A stretch of DNA of 64,000 nucleotides from Candidatus Staskawiczbacteria bacterium (GCA_041659225.1 JBAZYR010000001.1:15266-79265), one strand, 5' to 3'; positions 40,072 through 53,068 are shown, numbered from the stretch's first letter. A program made the numbers and translations. Notes: generated by a model from the sequence alone, not told the origin.

Positions 40072-43000
40072 TTATCTAGATTTTACCTCTCTCTGAATTT
40101 TTTCTTTGACTTCGACAGCCAAGCCCAATGATTTCAATTCTGCAACTAATAAATTAAATGAAGCTGGTATGCTCGGACTTTTAATTGGCTCGCCCTTTAA
40201 AATTGCTTCATAGGTCGCTGCTCTTCCGACAACATCATCTGATTTTATCGTTAACATTTCCTGCAGGGTATGAGCAGAACCATAACCTTCCAAAGCCCAT
40301 ACTTCCATCTCACCAAATCTTTGTCCGCCGAATTGAGCCTTTCCGCCTAACGGCTGTTGGGTGATTAATGAATACGGACCGATCGAACGGGCATGAACTT
40401 TGTCGTCTACCATGTGGATTAATTTCATCGCATACATATATCCGACAGTCGTCGGCTTAGGAAACGCCAAGCCGGTTCTTCCGTCATACAGAATAGTTTG
40501 CCCAGACTCAGGCAGCCCGGCTGCCCTTAATTCACCTTTTATATCCTCTTTATCGGCGCCAAGTAAGGACGGAGAGATTACAATGTATCCCAGTTTCTTC
40601 GCTGCCCAGCCGAGATGGGTCTCTAAAATTTGTCCTAAATTCATCCTTGATGGAACCGAAAGAGGACTTAAGATAAGATCAATCGGCGTGCCGTCCGGTA
40701 AAAATGGCATTTCTTCCTCCGGTAATATTTTGGAAACCACACCTTTGTTACCGTGACGACCGACTAATTTGTCACCGACCTTGTTTTTCCTGGTTTCAGC
40801 AATTTCAACCTGAATTCGTTTAATAACTCCGGGCTCTAATTTGTGGCCCAAATCACGGGAGAAAATCTTAACATTAATTACTTTTCCCCTCTTGCCGTGT
40901 TCTGCCCGTAAAGACGTGTCTTTAACATCCTTTGCTTTATCACCGAAAATCGCCCTCAGTAATCTTTCTTCAGGGGTTAATTCTGCTTCTCCCTTTGGAG
41001 AAATCTTACCGACCAAAATATCATTCGGGCCAACTTCAGCTCCTACTCTGATTATTCCCTCTTCATCGAGGTCCTTTAATCGTTCTTCTCCGACATTAGG
41101 GATATCGCAGGTAGTGATTTCAGGTCCCAGTTTTGTGTCACGAACGTCGCACGTAAATTCTTCTATATGAATGGACGTAAAGGCGTCCTCTCGAACTAAT
41201 TTTTCTGAAATAATAATCGAATCTTCGAATCCTCCTCCTCTCCAGCACATAAAGGCTACCAGAATATTTTTTCCTAAAGACAGTCTTCCTTTAGAAATAG
41301 CGGCGCCATCAACCAGAGGGTCTCCTTTCTTGAAAGTATCTCCTTTAACAACTGCTGGTTTTTGATGGAAACAGGTATATTGGTTGGTTCTGACAAAAGT
41401 CCTAAGTTCGTACGTTTCTTCAACCTTCTTGTTTTTCCCCCCCGAGGTAATATCAAATTCAACTTTAATATGGTCAGCATCTGCTTCCTTCACCCGACCC
41501 GCGGCTCTAGCGATTATTGCTTGAGCAGAATCTCGAGCTACGTTCCTTTCAACTCCTGTACCGACTAAAGGCGGCTCAGGATTGAGCAAAGGAACGGCCT
41601 GCCTTTGCATGTTCGAACCCATAAGAGCCCTTGAAGCATCATCGTTCTGCAAAAATGGGATGCAAGAAGCAGCAATACTGATAAATTGTTTCGAAGAAAC
41701 GTCGATATAGTCTATTTTTGAAACTTCAACCTCATCTGGTTCCCCCTTTACTCTGGCTTCCACCTTGTTTGGAGGAATCTCAGGGAGTATTTTATTATTC
41801 TCGTCAATCGGGACAGAAGCAGGGGCGATATTAAATCTTTCTTCTTCTTGAGCTGCAAGATAATGGACTTCATCTGTAACGCGTCCGTTCTTTACCTTAA
41901 AATATGGGGTTTCAATAAATCCATAAGGATTTACTCGCGCAAAAGAAGCCAAGTGTCCAACCAACCCTACGTTTGGTCCTTCCGGTGTTTGTATAGGACA
42001 AATTCTGCCATAGTGGGATGGTTGTACATCGCGAACTTCAAAGCCGGCCCGCTCTCTTGTCAACCCGCCAGGACCGGTAGTGGTAAGACGTCTCTTGTGT
42101 TCGAGTTCGGCGAGCGGGTTTTCATTATCCATGAATTGGGAAAACTGCGAAGAGGTATAGAATTCCTTGATAATGGCCATGAATGGCCTTGGATTGATAA
42201 GCTGATTAGGGGTAATCGTAGAAGGATCTAACGTAGACATTTTATCCTTAATTATTCTTTCCATTCTCATTAAACCAACCCTCAACCGGTTTTGGAGAAG
42301 CTCGGCCATTGTTCTTACCCTTCTGTTACCTAAATGGTCAACCTGGTCAGGATGAGAATCAGGGTCGTTATTCAGTCGTATCACTTCCTTCATTACTTCA
42401 ATTAAATCACCTATGCTTAAAACTCTTTCTTCTTTTGTAATTTCCTTGTCTCGGTTGCTCGGAGCAAGCTGAGGAAGCCTTTGCCAGGTCTTCCAGCGTC
42501 CCACTTTCGAAAGGTCATACCTTCCAAAGTTAAAGAACATATTGAAAATTAAATCCTGGGCAGTATCCGGGGCAACTAAGTCCCCTGGCCTTAGCCTTCT
42601 ATATATCTCTACCAATGCTTCCTTTTGGTCAGTGGTTGTATCTCTTTTAAGTGTTTCTTTGATATATTTAATCGGCCCGTTATCAATATCCTTAAACGTT
42701 TTTTCTATCTTCTCAATCGTGTCTAACCCCAAAGCCAGAAGCAAGGTTGTGGCAGGAACCTTTCTTTTCCTATTTATCTTTACTCCGATAAACCCGGACT
42801 CTTCTGTTTCAAACTCAAGCCAAGCTCCGCGGTTAGGAATAATTTTTGCACCAAAATGGTTCTTTCCATGTATTGACCTTGCAGTGAAGAACGCACCAGG
42901 TGAACGTATAAGCTGGGAGACGACTACTCTTTCTACTCCGTTCAATACAAAAGTTCCGCCTTCTGTCATAAGGGGAAAATCAGCAAGGAAAACTTCCTGT

Positions 43001-43311
43001 TCTTTTATCTCTTTTGTTTTTAGGTTTACTAACTTAGCTTTTACCTTGAGCGGAGCTTCAAAAGAATCATTATTCTTTTTTGCAAGCAAACTATTTTTAT
43101 GATTTGGTTTGTCAAGTTTGTAGTCCTCAAACCAGAGCTGAAATTCTTTTCCAGTGTAATCGGTGATAGGAGAAATTTCGTCAAAAAGTTCTTTGACTCT
43201 TACTTTCCAAAAATCTTCCCATGCCTGTTTTTGCAAATTAAGCAAATTAGGTAGAGGGAAAGAAATTTTAGATTTAGAGAAATTTTTTATTTTGAAAAAT
43301 TCTTCTGGCAT
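40072..43311 (-). CDS. rpoB: DNA-directed RNA polymerase subunit beta
   Basis: 1079 aa with conserved beta-subunit blocks (e.g. GRHGNKGVVSKILP, PFMNIEQGD-like, Rif-cluster region), immediately upstream of rpoC. Confidence 0.95.
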   Translation of the reverse strand: MPEEFFKIKNFSKSKISFPLPNLLNLQKQAWEDFWKVRVKELFDEISPITDYTGKEFQLWFEDYKLDKPNHKNSLLAKKNNDSFEAPLKVKAKLVNLKTKEIKEQEVFLADFPLMTEGGTFVLNGVERVVVSQLIRSPGAFFTARSIHGKNHFGAKIIPNRGAWLEFETEESGFIGVKINRKRKVPATTLLLALGLDTIEKIEKTFKDIDNGPIKYIKETLKRDTTTDQKEALVEIYRRLRPGDLVAPDTAQDLIFNMFFNFGRYDLSKVGRWKTWQRLPQLAPSNRDKEITKEERVLSIGDLIEVMKEVIRLNNDPDSHPDQVDHLGNRRVRTMAELLQNRLRVGLMRMERIIKDKMSTLDPSTITPNQLINPRPFMAIIKEFYTSSQFSQFMDNENPLAELEHKRRLTTTGPGGLTRERAGFEVRDVQPSHYGRICPIQTPEGPNVGLVGHLASFARVNPYGFIETPYFKVKNGRVTDEVHYLAAQEEERFNIAPASVPIDENNKILPEIPPNKVEARVKGEPDEVEVSKIDYIDVSSKQFISIAASCIPFLQNDDASRALMGSNMQRQAVPLLNPEPPLVGTGVERNVARDSAQAIIARAAGRVKEADADHIKVEFDITSGGKNKKVEETYELRTFVRTNQYTCFHQKPAVVKGDTFKKGDPLVDGAAISKGRLSLGKNILVAFMCWRGGGFEDSIIISEKLVREDAFTSIHIEEFTCDVRDTKLGPEITTCDIPNVGEERLKDLDEEGIIRVGAEVGPNDILVGKISPKGEAELTPEERLLRAIFGDKAKDVKDTSLRAEHGKRGKVINVKIFSRDLGHKLEPGVIKRIQVEIAETRKNKVGDKLVGRHGNKGVVSKILPEEEMPFLPDGTPIDLILSPLSVPSRMNLGQILETHLGWAAKKLGYIVISPSLLGADKEDIKGELRAAGLPESGQTILYDGRTGLAFPKPTTVGYMYAMKLIHMVDDKVHARSIGPYSLITQQPLGGKAQFGGQRFGEMEVWALEGYGSAHTLQEMLTIKSDDVVGRAATYEAILKGEPIKSPSIPASFNLLVAELKSLGLAVEVKEKIQREVKSR

Positions 43312-43583
43312 ATTCCAAAAATATGATTATATGTGAGGAAAGCAGCTAAGCAACAAACTAATGGCACGAACTTTATTCGCGTCCATCGACTAACCTTTGC
43401 CCCTTGGCAAAGTATATTTTCCTATAGTAATCGTAAAAAACCCTAAATAGGTTAGGGGTAGATGCTCGGTCCTGTCTCCTGGGATAAATAGATAGAGTTT
43501 CAAAAATTCAGAAACAGGCACGAGTTAAGATAGGTTATAGTATTAAAAAAATAAAAACCACTTTTTTGATAGTATCTCCTCTT

Positions 43584-43611
43584 ATTATATTCATATAACA
43601 AATAATGTCAA
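43584..43611 (-). promoter_or_regulatory. Near-consensus sigma70-type promoter for rpoBC (TTGACA, 16-nt spacer, TATAAT on the minus strand), overlapping the 3' end of rodA, followed by a structured leader of about 260 nt
   Basis: Minus-strand reading cccTTGACAttatttgttatatgaaTATAATaagagg. The leader region 43312-43575 contains several hairpins (ctttgcc-cctt-ggcaaag; ccctaa-atagg-ttaggg; gtttc-aaaaattca-gaaac). Confidence 0.5.
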
Positions 43612-43618
43612 GGGCTAG

Positions 43619-44731
43619 TTAGCTTTTAGCCTTTATACTCTGCAAAATACCAAGGCCGACAAAGGTTCCTACGAGACCTGAGCCACCATAACTAATAAGC
43701 GGCAGATAAATTCCGATAACCGGCATAACCCCGACATTCATGCCGACATTAATAAAGAACTGAGCAATCAAAACTATTGTAAAGCCTGAGGCAAATAATC
43801 TGGGGAAATTAGAGCGAGAATGGATTGCGATTTTGATTATACGCCAGATTAATATGAAGTAACAGGCAAATACAGCAGAGACTCCGACCAAACCGAATTC
43901 TTCAGCGATGACTGAAAAAGCAAAATCTGTATGCGGCTCAGGCAAGAATCCATATTGGGTTTGCGACCCATTAGTGAATCCTCGACCGAATATTTCACCC
44001 GAGCCTATTGCTATAGCAGCCTGACTTTGGCTCCAAGATCCTCCAAAAGGATCACGAGGAAAAGCAAAATCAAGAACTCTCTGCCTTTGGTAATCTTTCA
44101 ACAGAAATTGCCAAGAAAACATTAAAAGTAAAATAGCGCAAAGTGAGAGAATCAAAAGGTGCCTCATTTTTATCCCGGATATGAATAATATAGACACCCA
44201 GACAATTAATAAAATTAGGACTGCTCCTGCATCAGGTTGAAAAAAAATTAACAAAGCCGGGAGAAAAACATAAATGCCTGAAAAGATAATGTGCCGGGGT
44301 TTGTACATTTCAGCGTGGCGCATTGAAAAATATTTAGCCAATAAAATAATGAGAATTATTTTTAAGGGCTCGATAGGATCAAAAGAAAAAGCGCCAATTT
44401 TATACCACCCTCTTTTTCCCCTTATTTCTGGCGCCAGGATAAAAACTCCAGCTAACAACAGAAGGGCAAAAAAATAGAGGACAAGTATTAGATATGAGTT
44501 ATTTTTCAAAATGCGGTAATCGAAAAAACTTATAAAAAGCATGAGTGCAAACCCAATCACAAAAAATATTATTTGTTTTTGAAAATTGAATAAATCTCCA
44601 CCCCGCAAAGACGCACTGTAGACAGCAAGTAAGCCAAAGACAGTCAGCACTATTGCACTGCCTATTAGCCACCAATCCAATCTCTTCAAATGATTATTTA
44701 TCGGCCCGACAGATAAACCCAAAAGCATCAT
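43619..44731 (-). CDS. SEDS-family cell-cycle protein (FtsW/RodA)
   Basis: About 10 TM helices, with loops typical of the FtsW/RodA/SpoVE family (e.g. GSGLVGTF near the C-terminus). Confidence 0.8.
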   Translation of the reverse strand: MMLLGLSVGPINNHLKRLDWWLIGSAIVLTVFGLLAVYSASLRGGDLFNFQKQIIFFVIGFALMLFISFFDYRILKNNSYLILVLYFFALLLLAGVFILAPEIRGKRGWYKIGAFSFDPIEPLKIILIILLAKYFSMRHAEMYKPRHIIFSGIYVFLPALLIFFQPDAGAVLILLIVWVSILFISGIKMRHLLILSLCAILLLMFSWQFLLKDYQRQRVLDFAFPRDPFGGSWSQSQAAIAIGSGEIFGRGFTNGSQTQYGFLPEPHTDFAFSVIAEEFGLVGVSAVFACYFILIWRIIKIAIHSRSNFPRLFASGFTIVLIAQFFINVGMNVGVMPVIGIYLPLISYGGSGLVGTFVGLGILQSIKAKS

Positions 44732-44734
44732 AAT

Positions 44735-47253
<2,519 letters not shown>

Positions 47254-47264
47254 TTTTTAAAGAT

Positions 47265-48002
47265 TTATGACACGACGAAAACAAAATCAAAATTTAAACT
47301 ATTAAACTTGCAGGGGCAAACAACAGCATAATCTCCCCTTTCCCAACCGGTATTATATGTAGCATGATTTGTCTCGCATCGCCAACATTTACCCGCGTTA
47401 CTGACTACGGGAAAGTCTCCACCTCCACCACCAAAATTCAGACAGCTAGCGACATTATTAGTGCCGCTGCAAGTAGTCCCTGTCTGGTTTTTTAATGCAT
47501 CGGCATTCTCGTCCGAATGGTTAACCCCATAATCTTCGGGTATCAAACCGTGGGCCGAGCAAGCATCGGAGCAACTTTCTCCTAGCCCTTTAATCGCTCC
47601 TGGAGTGTGCCCTCCGCACCAGCATTGGTTAGCTCCACTCACGCTATTATAGCGTAAATAGCAAGGGCAAAGCGAGGCTTCTAACCTCACTTTATATTCA
47701 TTCCCGATGGTAAGGCTAACTAAATTAGAAAAAATCTTGTGTTCGTCAAGGTCACCGTCGCCATCATTTTCGCAAACAGTCGAAGTAAGGGTAACACTGT
47801 TTAAAGGAACAGAACCTTCCATCACATACATTATAGTCCCGACAGGAAGACAAAAACTTGAACCATCAGAAATCTTTCGGGCGGTATCAAGCTGCAGACC
47901 GACAAAAACTGAAGTTGCCTCAACTTTCGTGATAGGGATAATAACCAAGACAGTAAAAAAGATAATGAAAGCGGATAAAGAATAAATGTTTTTTGACATC
48001 AC
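47265..48002 (-). CDS. Secreted Cys-rich protein (245 aa), paralogous to the C-terminal approx. 200 aa of the PA14-repeat giant protein
   Basis: Signal peptide. Shared blocks with 48432..52205: (S/P)(F/Y)CLPVGT; C-x-C ... (N/Q)CW ... G(E/Q)SC(S/A)xxCSxxG; C-terminal C(P/A)C...(L/P)NF(D/P)F(V/G)FVV. Confidence 0.6.
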   Translation of the reverse strand: MMSKNIYSLSAFIIFFTVLVIIPITKVEATSVFVGLQLDTARKISDGSSFCLPVGTIMYVMEGSVPLNSVTLTSTVCENDGDGDLDEHKIFSNLVSLTIGNEYKVRLEASLCPCYLRYNSVSGANQCWCGGHTPGAIKGLGESCSDACSAHGLIPEDYGVNHSDENADALKNQTGTTCSGTNNVASCLNFGGGGGDFPVVSNAGKCWRCETNHATYNTGWERGDYAVVCPCKFNSLNFDFVFVVS

Positions 48003-48020
48003 AATTTTGGATTTAAAAAA

Positions 48021-48386
48021 TTAAGGGTTCAATGGCTTAATAATAATTCTGTCTTCAGTAACAGCGTTGTTTTTATATAATATTTTCCCTTTTACCTCGA
48101 CTGTTTGACCGTCCTTCCATCCGACGCTTAAATAATATTCTTTAGACATAACCGGCCAAACCCAATAAACTTTCCCTTCTTCTGTCCTGATGGTTACTTT
48201 AGTACCGGACATATCAACTATTCCCCTGACAACGTCGGGATATTTATCGTCCTCCACATTATTTACTGGTTCTTGAGGGTATTGGTTATTAAAAACCGGG
48301 GAAAAATAATAATATCCTAGTGCTCCTGATAAAATACCTATCGCCAATAACAGGACACAAATAATAATTACATTTTTTTTCGCCAT
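48021..48386 (-). CDS. Hypothetical membrane-anchored small protein (121 aa)
   Basis: N-terminal TM helix (VIIICVLLLAIGILSGALGYYYF) and a beta-rich C-terminal part. Confidence 0.4.
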   Translation of the reverse strand: MAKKNVIIICVLLLAIGILSGALGYYYFSPVFNNQYPQEPVNNVEDDKYPDVVRGIVDMSGTKVTIRTEEGKVYWVWPVMSKEYYLSVGWKDGQTVEVKGKILYKNNAVTEDRIIIKPLNP

Positions 48387-48431
48387 ATTTATTGATTTTA
48401 ATTATACCAGACAACTTTTCCTGTTAAAATC

Positions 48432-51400
48432 CTATAGCCCGACGACAAACCCGAAGGGAAAATTAGGAATAATCCCATTGCAGGCACATATCGGGACGAA
48501 ATAGAAATCATCGGCATCGTAACCAATGGAACAATCACGCCACATTGGAGACACAGCAGATGCGCACGCGTACCAGCCATAACCATACCAATACCCGGCA
48601 ACAGGAGAACCATATTCCCCGGAGTCAAAGATGCACTCGTCACAAGCTATTCCGAAGTGCGCAATTGCACTGCAATTTAAATCTTCTTCACTGCAATCGG
48701 CTGTTTTATTTCCACCCTTATCAGAGCATACACCTGCACATGACTGTCCCCTGTTTCCCAAATACCAGCAATTGCCCCCAGAAGAGAATCCAGTACATTC
48801 AGTTGCAGTTGATATTTCCACAGTGTACAGATGGCCATAAGTTATCACCAACGAAGGCAAAAGACTTATCGTGCTGCTGGGAGCGCAAGTTGCAGCTGTT
48901 AAAGTTTTTTCCCTCAAGACCGTTGTTCCTTCTTTAAGAGTAATTTTTGTTCCGACTGGAAGACAATAGGGCGATCCGTTATCAGTTGCGCTGTCTACCT
49001 TTATCCGGAAAATGCTGTCAATACTCGCCCCAGGCGCTGGCGTGTTAGATATAGTGACAGTCGAACAAATAGTTTTTTGTCCCTGAGTTGCGCACTTGGA
49101 AGGTTTGGCTTTTATTGTCCCCGTTACTTCTGACGGAGCTATCCTTTGAGCGGGTTCCCCAGCAAAAACTGCTTTTAGCACAAGGTTGCCGAAGCTGGTA
49201 TTAGTCAAACCATTTTCAATAAAACTACGGGTTTTCATGGTGTTGATATCGCTAGGAAGTTCAGCATATGTTGCAGCCATTGCTGAAGGCAGATTAGAAA
49301 GACGGAAAGTATTCCAGCCACCCCCCGGAGGCTGGAACCAAAGAAGTGCAACCGCATTACCGGCATCATGCTCGTGCCTTACTATTAATCTATGCGGGCC
49401 TTTGGCTAAATAAACGGTTCCGCTATGGCTGTAGCAAGAGCAATAAGTATTTTCCCCATAAATTCCTGCTAATACAGATCCGTCTATTTCGACCTCCATG
49501 GCATCTTCTCCATCAACCGCAAAACCCCATGTGCCTTGCCCTGCATCGGTAATGTCCAGGATAGTGGAGAAATATAAATTGGAGTTGGCTGGGAAAGTAC
49601 CGAAGCTATTTTCGCCTATGTCGGTAATCAAACTCCTAGATATTAAATTTGAAGGGACATAATCATTAATCAATCCTGCGTGATCAGTGGGATGGCCAAC
49701 CGTCCCGCCATACTCTGCAAAAAGCACCTTGTTGATATTATCTATCGCGAGATAATTCTTGGGAACGTATGTTACGTGGGCTTCACCTGCAGAGCTCGTA
49801 GTTGAGGAGCCGATATTAAAGATATCGCTTTGGTTAACGAAAGTCACGATTTTATTAACCATTGCAGCTCCTGCGCCGTCTTTGAGAACAGCCGAAAGTA
49901 TGGATGATACCACACCATCTATATTAAGTGTGCTGGGAGTAACAGTGAACTGCTCGAGTATTGTCGGGGTCCCGCCTGATACCGCCACTGTTGCGGTCGA
50001 ACTTTCGGCAGGTAGAAGCGGAATTGCAAAGCCTTCATCTCCCGCATAGGTTGCCTTTAATGAAACGTTCCCGATACTAGTATTCTCGATTCCCTTTTTT
50101 ATAAAATTAAGATTCTTGATAACTGAATCGCCTAATAACTCTGCATATATTGAAGCCGCCCCGCTTCCCAAGCTAATACCACCAAAAACCTTCCACGAAC
50201 CATCTGCCGGAGACTTATAATAAAGAACAGCTGCCTCGTTCCCCGTTACATTTTGATGGCGTACAGTCACCCGATGAATTCCCGCTGACAATGTAATGGT
50301 GTTCGAGTGACTAGTACACGAACAAGTGGAATGTTGATACCAGCCGACTACGATATTGTCATCTATCTGAAGCTCTACCGCATCGTCGCCATCAACTGCA
50401 AACTGCCAGGACCCGGGTATGTGAACATCCATGATAGTAGTGAAGAAATAATTAGTATTATCTTGTGGGGGCACTACGCCTTCAAAAAGATCTATGGCAT
50501 CCCTCGTACCTTTATCCAATACAGTGGTATATGTATAGTCATTTATCAATGCGTTATGATCTGCAGGGTTCCCTGTATCGCCTGCATATTTCACATAGAG
50601 TATTTTCCCTCGGTTGGCATCTGATATGTAATGCTTGACTAAATAACTCAGACTGGCAACACCCGAGCCGTTAGTGACTGCCGAACCCATGTCGTTATTA
50701 TCGGTAACATTAAAAAAAGACACAGGTTGGCCGCTTATCAGGTTCCCATTTTGATACTTAAGGGTAGCTGAAAGATTTATTGGGTCGTCGATATAGGTTT
50801 CAATCGGAACAGTAAATGGATTTATTAGCGGACGCTGTCCTATAATAATTTCTAAGGGGGCTGTTGTTTCAGAGGGTGATATCCGAAGACTACTATTTCC
50901 GGCATAACTTGCCTTCAAGGTATGCGCCCCGAGATTCAAGATTGAAGAGTCCAAACCAGAAGCTATAAAACCAGGGGCTGTCAATTCAGAATCCGGTAAT
51001 AGTTTTGCATAGAGTTTCGCCTTTGTTCCTAGATTGGTACTAAAAAAATAAAATGAGGCATCTGTCGGGGATTTATAATAAAGGATCACGTCATTACCAC
51101 CAGTATCATTTTCGTGCCTCACAACCAGTCTATGCAGGCCTGCTGTCAGGTTTACCGATCCTGTATGTGTAAAACATGCGCAGCGACCATGATAACCATA
51201 CCAACCGACTACTACTGCCCCATCTATTTCTAACTCTACGCCATCATCGCCATCAATCGCGAAACTCCAAACACCAGCCTCCTTAACATCCATAATAGTC
51301 GTAAAATAATAGTTCTGATAGTTATTAGCTGTTGGACTTTCTATCCTTATTTCTGTCCTCAGCGCTTTTTCTATAAGAGAGGAATATTGATAATCTGCCA

Positions 51401-52205
51401 ACAATCCGCTATGATTTGTGGGATTTCCGCTTGTACCGCCATACTTTACATAAAGTATTGAATCCCCTAGGGCGCCGCTAGGCACAAAACTTGCCGTGGC
51501 GACACCATCAGTAGTAGTAGCTGATGCGATATCGACTCCATCCGTTTCATTTCTAAAATTTACCGTATCGCCAGTTGTTGGAATTAAATTTCCATCACCA
51601 TCCCTAATAGTAGCCGAAATAGTCATAACCTCTCTGAAATCGGCTTCAGCTTGAACATAAAATGGATTAATCTGAGATACTTGTCCCCCGCCAGAATTAA
51701 TCGTAGCGCAAATCCTATAATCAGAAATCGTAACACATCCTCCGCCTCCGGTTATTAAAAACTCTCCAGCGTTTCCTAGGTCAGCCTCAGCCCGGCCATC
51801 ATTGGTGTTGCCTAAATTATCGGAGGCAAAAACAAAAATCTTATACGCAGCCGGGGTAAAAGAGCTGACATCAACTCGGGCATTATATATACCGTCTCCT
51901 GCAACGTCATCATAGTTTCCTATTTGCCCGTCGTCATAAAGTATTGCACGCGCCATCTGGGCGCCGGTGCTCTTCCTTCTTATTACATAGCCGGCAGATG
52001 AAACGCCAGAAACATCGGTAATATTGGCAGTAACCTTTATTGTGCTATTTTGTGTTATAACCGTATTGGATGCAGCCGTGATGGTTGGCCAAGCATGTCC
52101 AGTGAGCCAGGGATATATTTCAAAACTGGGCTGTACGGCATATATCAAACCAGCTAAAGAAAGAGGGGCTAAAGGAATTAAAAAATATATATATTTATTC
52201 ATCAC
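48432..52205 (-). CDS. Large secreted protein (1257 aa) with three repeats, each a bacterial Ig-like domain followed by a PA14/GLEYA-like domain, plus a Cys-rich C-terminal domain; candidate adhesin
   Basis: Signal peptide MMNKYIYFLIPLAPLSLAGLIYA. Three copies of YFTTIMDV...GxWxFAVDGDDxVELxIDG.VVVGWY......C.C..H......L.AG.HRL.VRH.N..G...V.LYYKSP. An Ig-like unit precedes each copy (…ILYVKYGGTSGNPTNHSGLLADY…). The C-terminus is paralogous to 47265..48002. Confidence 0.7.
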   Translation of the reverse strand: MMNKYIYFLIPLAPLSLAGLIYAVQPSFEIYPWLTGHAWPTITAASNTVITQNSTIKVTANITDVSGVSSAGYVIRRKSTGAQMARAILYDDGQIGNYDDVAGDGIYNARVDVSSFTPAAYKIFVFASDNLGNTNDGRAEADLGNAGEFLITGGGGCVTISDYRICATINSGGGQVSQINPFYVQAEADFREVMTISATIRDGDGNLIPTTGDTVNFRNETDGVDIASATTTDGVATASFVPSGALGDSILYVKYGGTSGNPTNHSGLLADYQYSSLIEKALRTEIRIESPTANNYQNYYFTTIMDVKEAGVWSFAIDGDDGVELEIDGAVVVGWYGYHGRCACFTHTGSVNLTAGLHRLVVRHENDTGGNDVILYYKSPTDASFYFFSTNLGTKAKLYAKLLPDSELTAPGFIASGLDSSILNLGAHTLKASYAGNSSLRISPSETTAPLEIIIGQRPLINPFTVPIETYIDDPINLSATLKYQNGNLISGQPVSFFNVTDNNDMGSAVTNGSGVASLSYLVKHYISDANRGKILYVKYAGDTGNPADHNALINDYTYTTVLDKGTRDAIDLFEGVVPPQDNTNYFFTTIMDVHIPGSWQFAVDGDDAVELQIDDNIVVGWYQHSTCSCTSHSNTITLSAGIHRVTVRHQNVTGNEAAVLYYKSPADGSWKVFGGISLGSGAASIYAELLGDSVIKNLNFIKKGIENTSIGNVSLKATYAGDEGFAIPLLPAESSTATVAVSGGTPTILEQFTVTPSTLNIDGVVSSILSAVLKDGAGAAMVNKIVTFVNQSDIFNIGSSTTSSAGEAHVTYVPKNYLAIDNINKVLFAEYGGTVGHPTDHAGLINDYVPSNLISRSLITDIGENSFGTFPANSNLYFSTILDITDAGQGTWGFAVDGEDAMEVEIDGSVLAGIYGENTYCSCYSHSGTVYLAKGPHRLIVRHEHDAGNAVALLWFQPPGGGWNTFRLSNLPSAMAATYAELPSDINTMKTRSFIENGLTNTSFGNLVLKAVFAGEPAQRIAPSEVTGTIKAKPSKCATQGQKTICSTVTISNTPAPGASIDSIFRIKVDSATDNGSPYCLPVGTKITLKEGTTVLREKTLTAATCAPSSTISLLPSLVITYGHLYTVEISTATECTGFSSGGNCWYLGNRGQSCAGVCSDKGGNKTADCSEEDLNCSAIAHFGIACDECIFDSGEYGSPVAGYWYGYGWYACASAVSPMWRDCSIGYDADDFYFVPICACNGIIPNFPFGFVVGL

Positions 52206-52225
52206 CCTATTTTACGTCTATTTTA

Positions 52226-53068
52226 TCATATTTTCAGCGCTTCGCTACATTTCCCAGCTAAATCGCAAGCCTTTATATCAACATCGTAAGCTCCTTCGGG
52301 GCCCTGCCAAAAATACTTGTATGTTATTGCATTAGGATCACCGGGGATTTCTTTGACCATGGTAAATGTCTGATCGAAAATTGCGCCGTTAGTAGCTGCG
52401 TCATATATCCTAGCCTGAGGATACCCGCCCACAATATCAATGTCATCCCTCGCATCAGAAATTTCAGCCCTAATTTCAATATCTACCCCAGAACTAGAAC
52501 TTATAGGAATAACCTCAGGCCATTCAATTAAAGGCGGGTGATTGTCTGGTGAAACCGCAGAAGCAGCGAAATTTAACTCAATGGCTCTAGTTATCTTTTT
52601 ATGCGCCCCATAGGACTTAATAGTCCCCGTTCCATCTTCATTAATATCAGTTACTACCCTGTATTGGTTATTGTTCACCACAAGGGAAGAATATGTAATT
52701 GTACAATCATTGCAGTCATCGTTCGCACAACGCGGGCCGACTTGTCCGCATACACCAGGGGTGGGATCGCAATCGAAATCCGTACAACTCGTGCAAATAT
52801 CGCAAAGACCGCGCGTTATACCCGCACCCGCCGGTATAACCTTTCTATCAAGAAAAAGCGCTTGCTCGATACCGATATCAGCGACGTATAAAGCTTTAAC
52901 TGATTCTCCCATTTCCCTCACCAATACAATTTCGCCCATTAGTATCACGCCGATCCCAAGAACCACAGCCAAGGATATGCCCATTATGAAAAAAGTAACC
53001 AGCATGGCAACGCCTTTTTCTCCGAATCCGTATGTTAAATTTAATTTTTGATTATTTCTTTTTTTCAT
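52226..53068 (-). CDS. Membrane-anchored protein with a PilX-like N-terminal helix and a Cys-rich knot; putative pilus-associated protein
   Basis: N-terminus EKGVAMLVTFFIMGISLAVVLGIGVILMGE resembles the PilX_N hydrophobic segment. Cys cluster CDICTSCTDFDCDPTPGVCGQVGPRCANDDCNDCT. First gene after the minor pilins, 18 nt upstream of the PA14 protein. Confidence 0.45.
   Translation of the reverse strand: MKKRNNQKLNLTYGFGEKGVAMLVTFFIMGISLAVVLGIGVILMGEIVLVREMGESVKALYVADIGIEQALFLDRKVIPAGAGITRGLCDICTSCTDFDCDPTPGVCGQVGPRCANDDCNDCTITYSSLVVNNNQYRVVTDINEDGTGTIKSYGAHKKITRAIELNFAASAVSPDNHPPLIEWPEVIPISSSSGVDIEIRAEISDARDDIDIVGGYPQARIYDAATNGAIFDQTFTMVKEIPGDPNAITYKYFWQGPEGAYDVDIKACDLAGKCSEALKI

Noticed and set aside
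48398-48643. 81-aa ORF overlapping the 3' end of the PA14 giant gene in another frame
   Set aside because: It is fully embedded in the better-supported 1257-aa CDS and has no independent signals.
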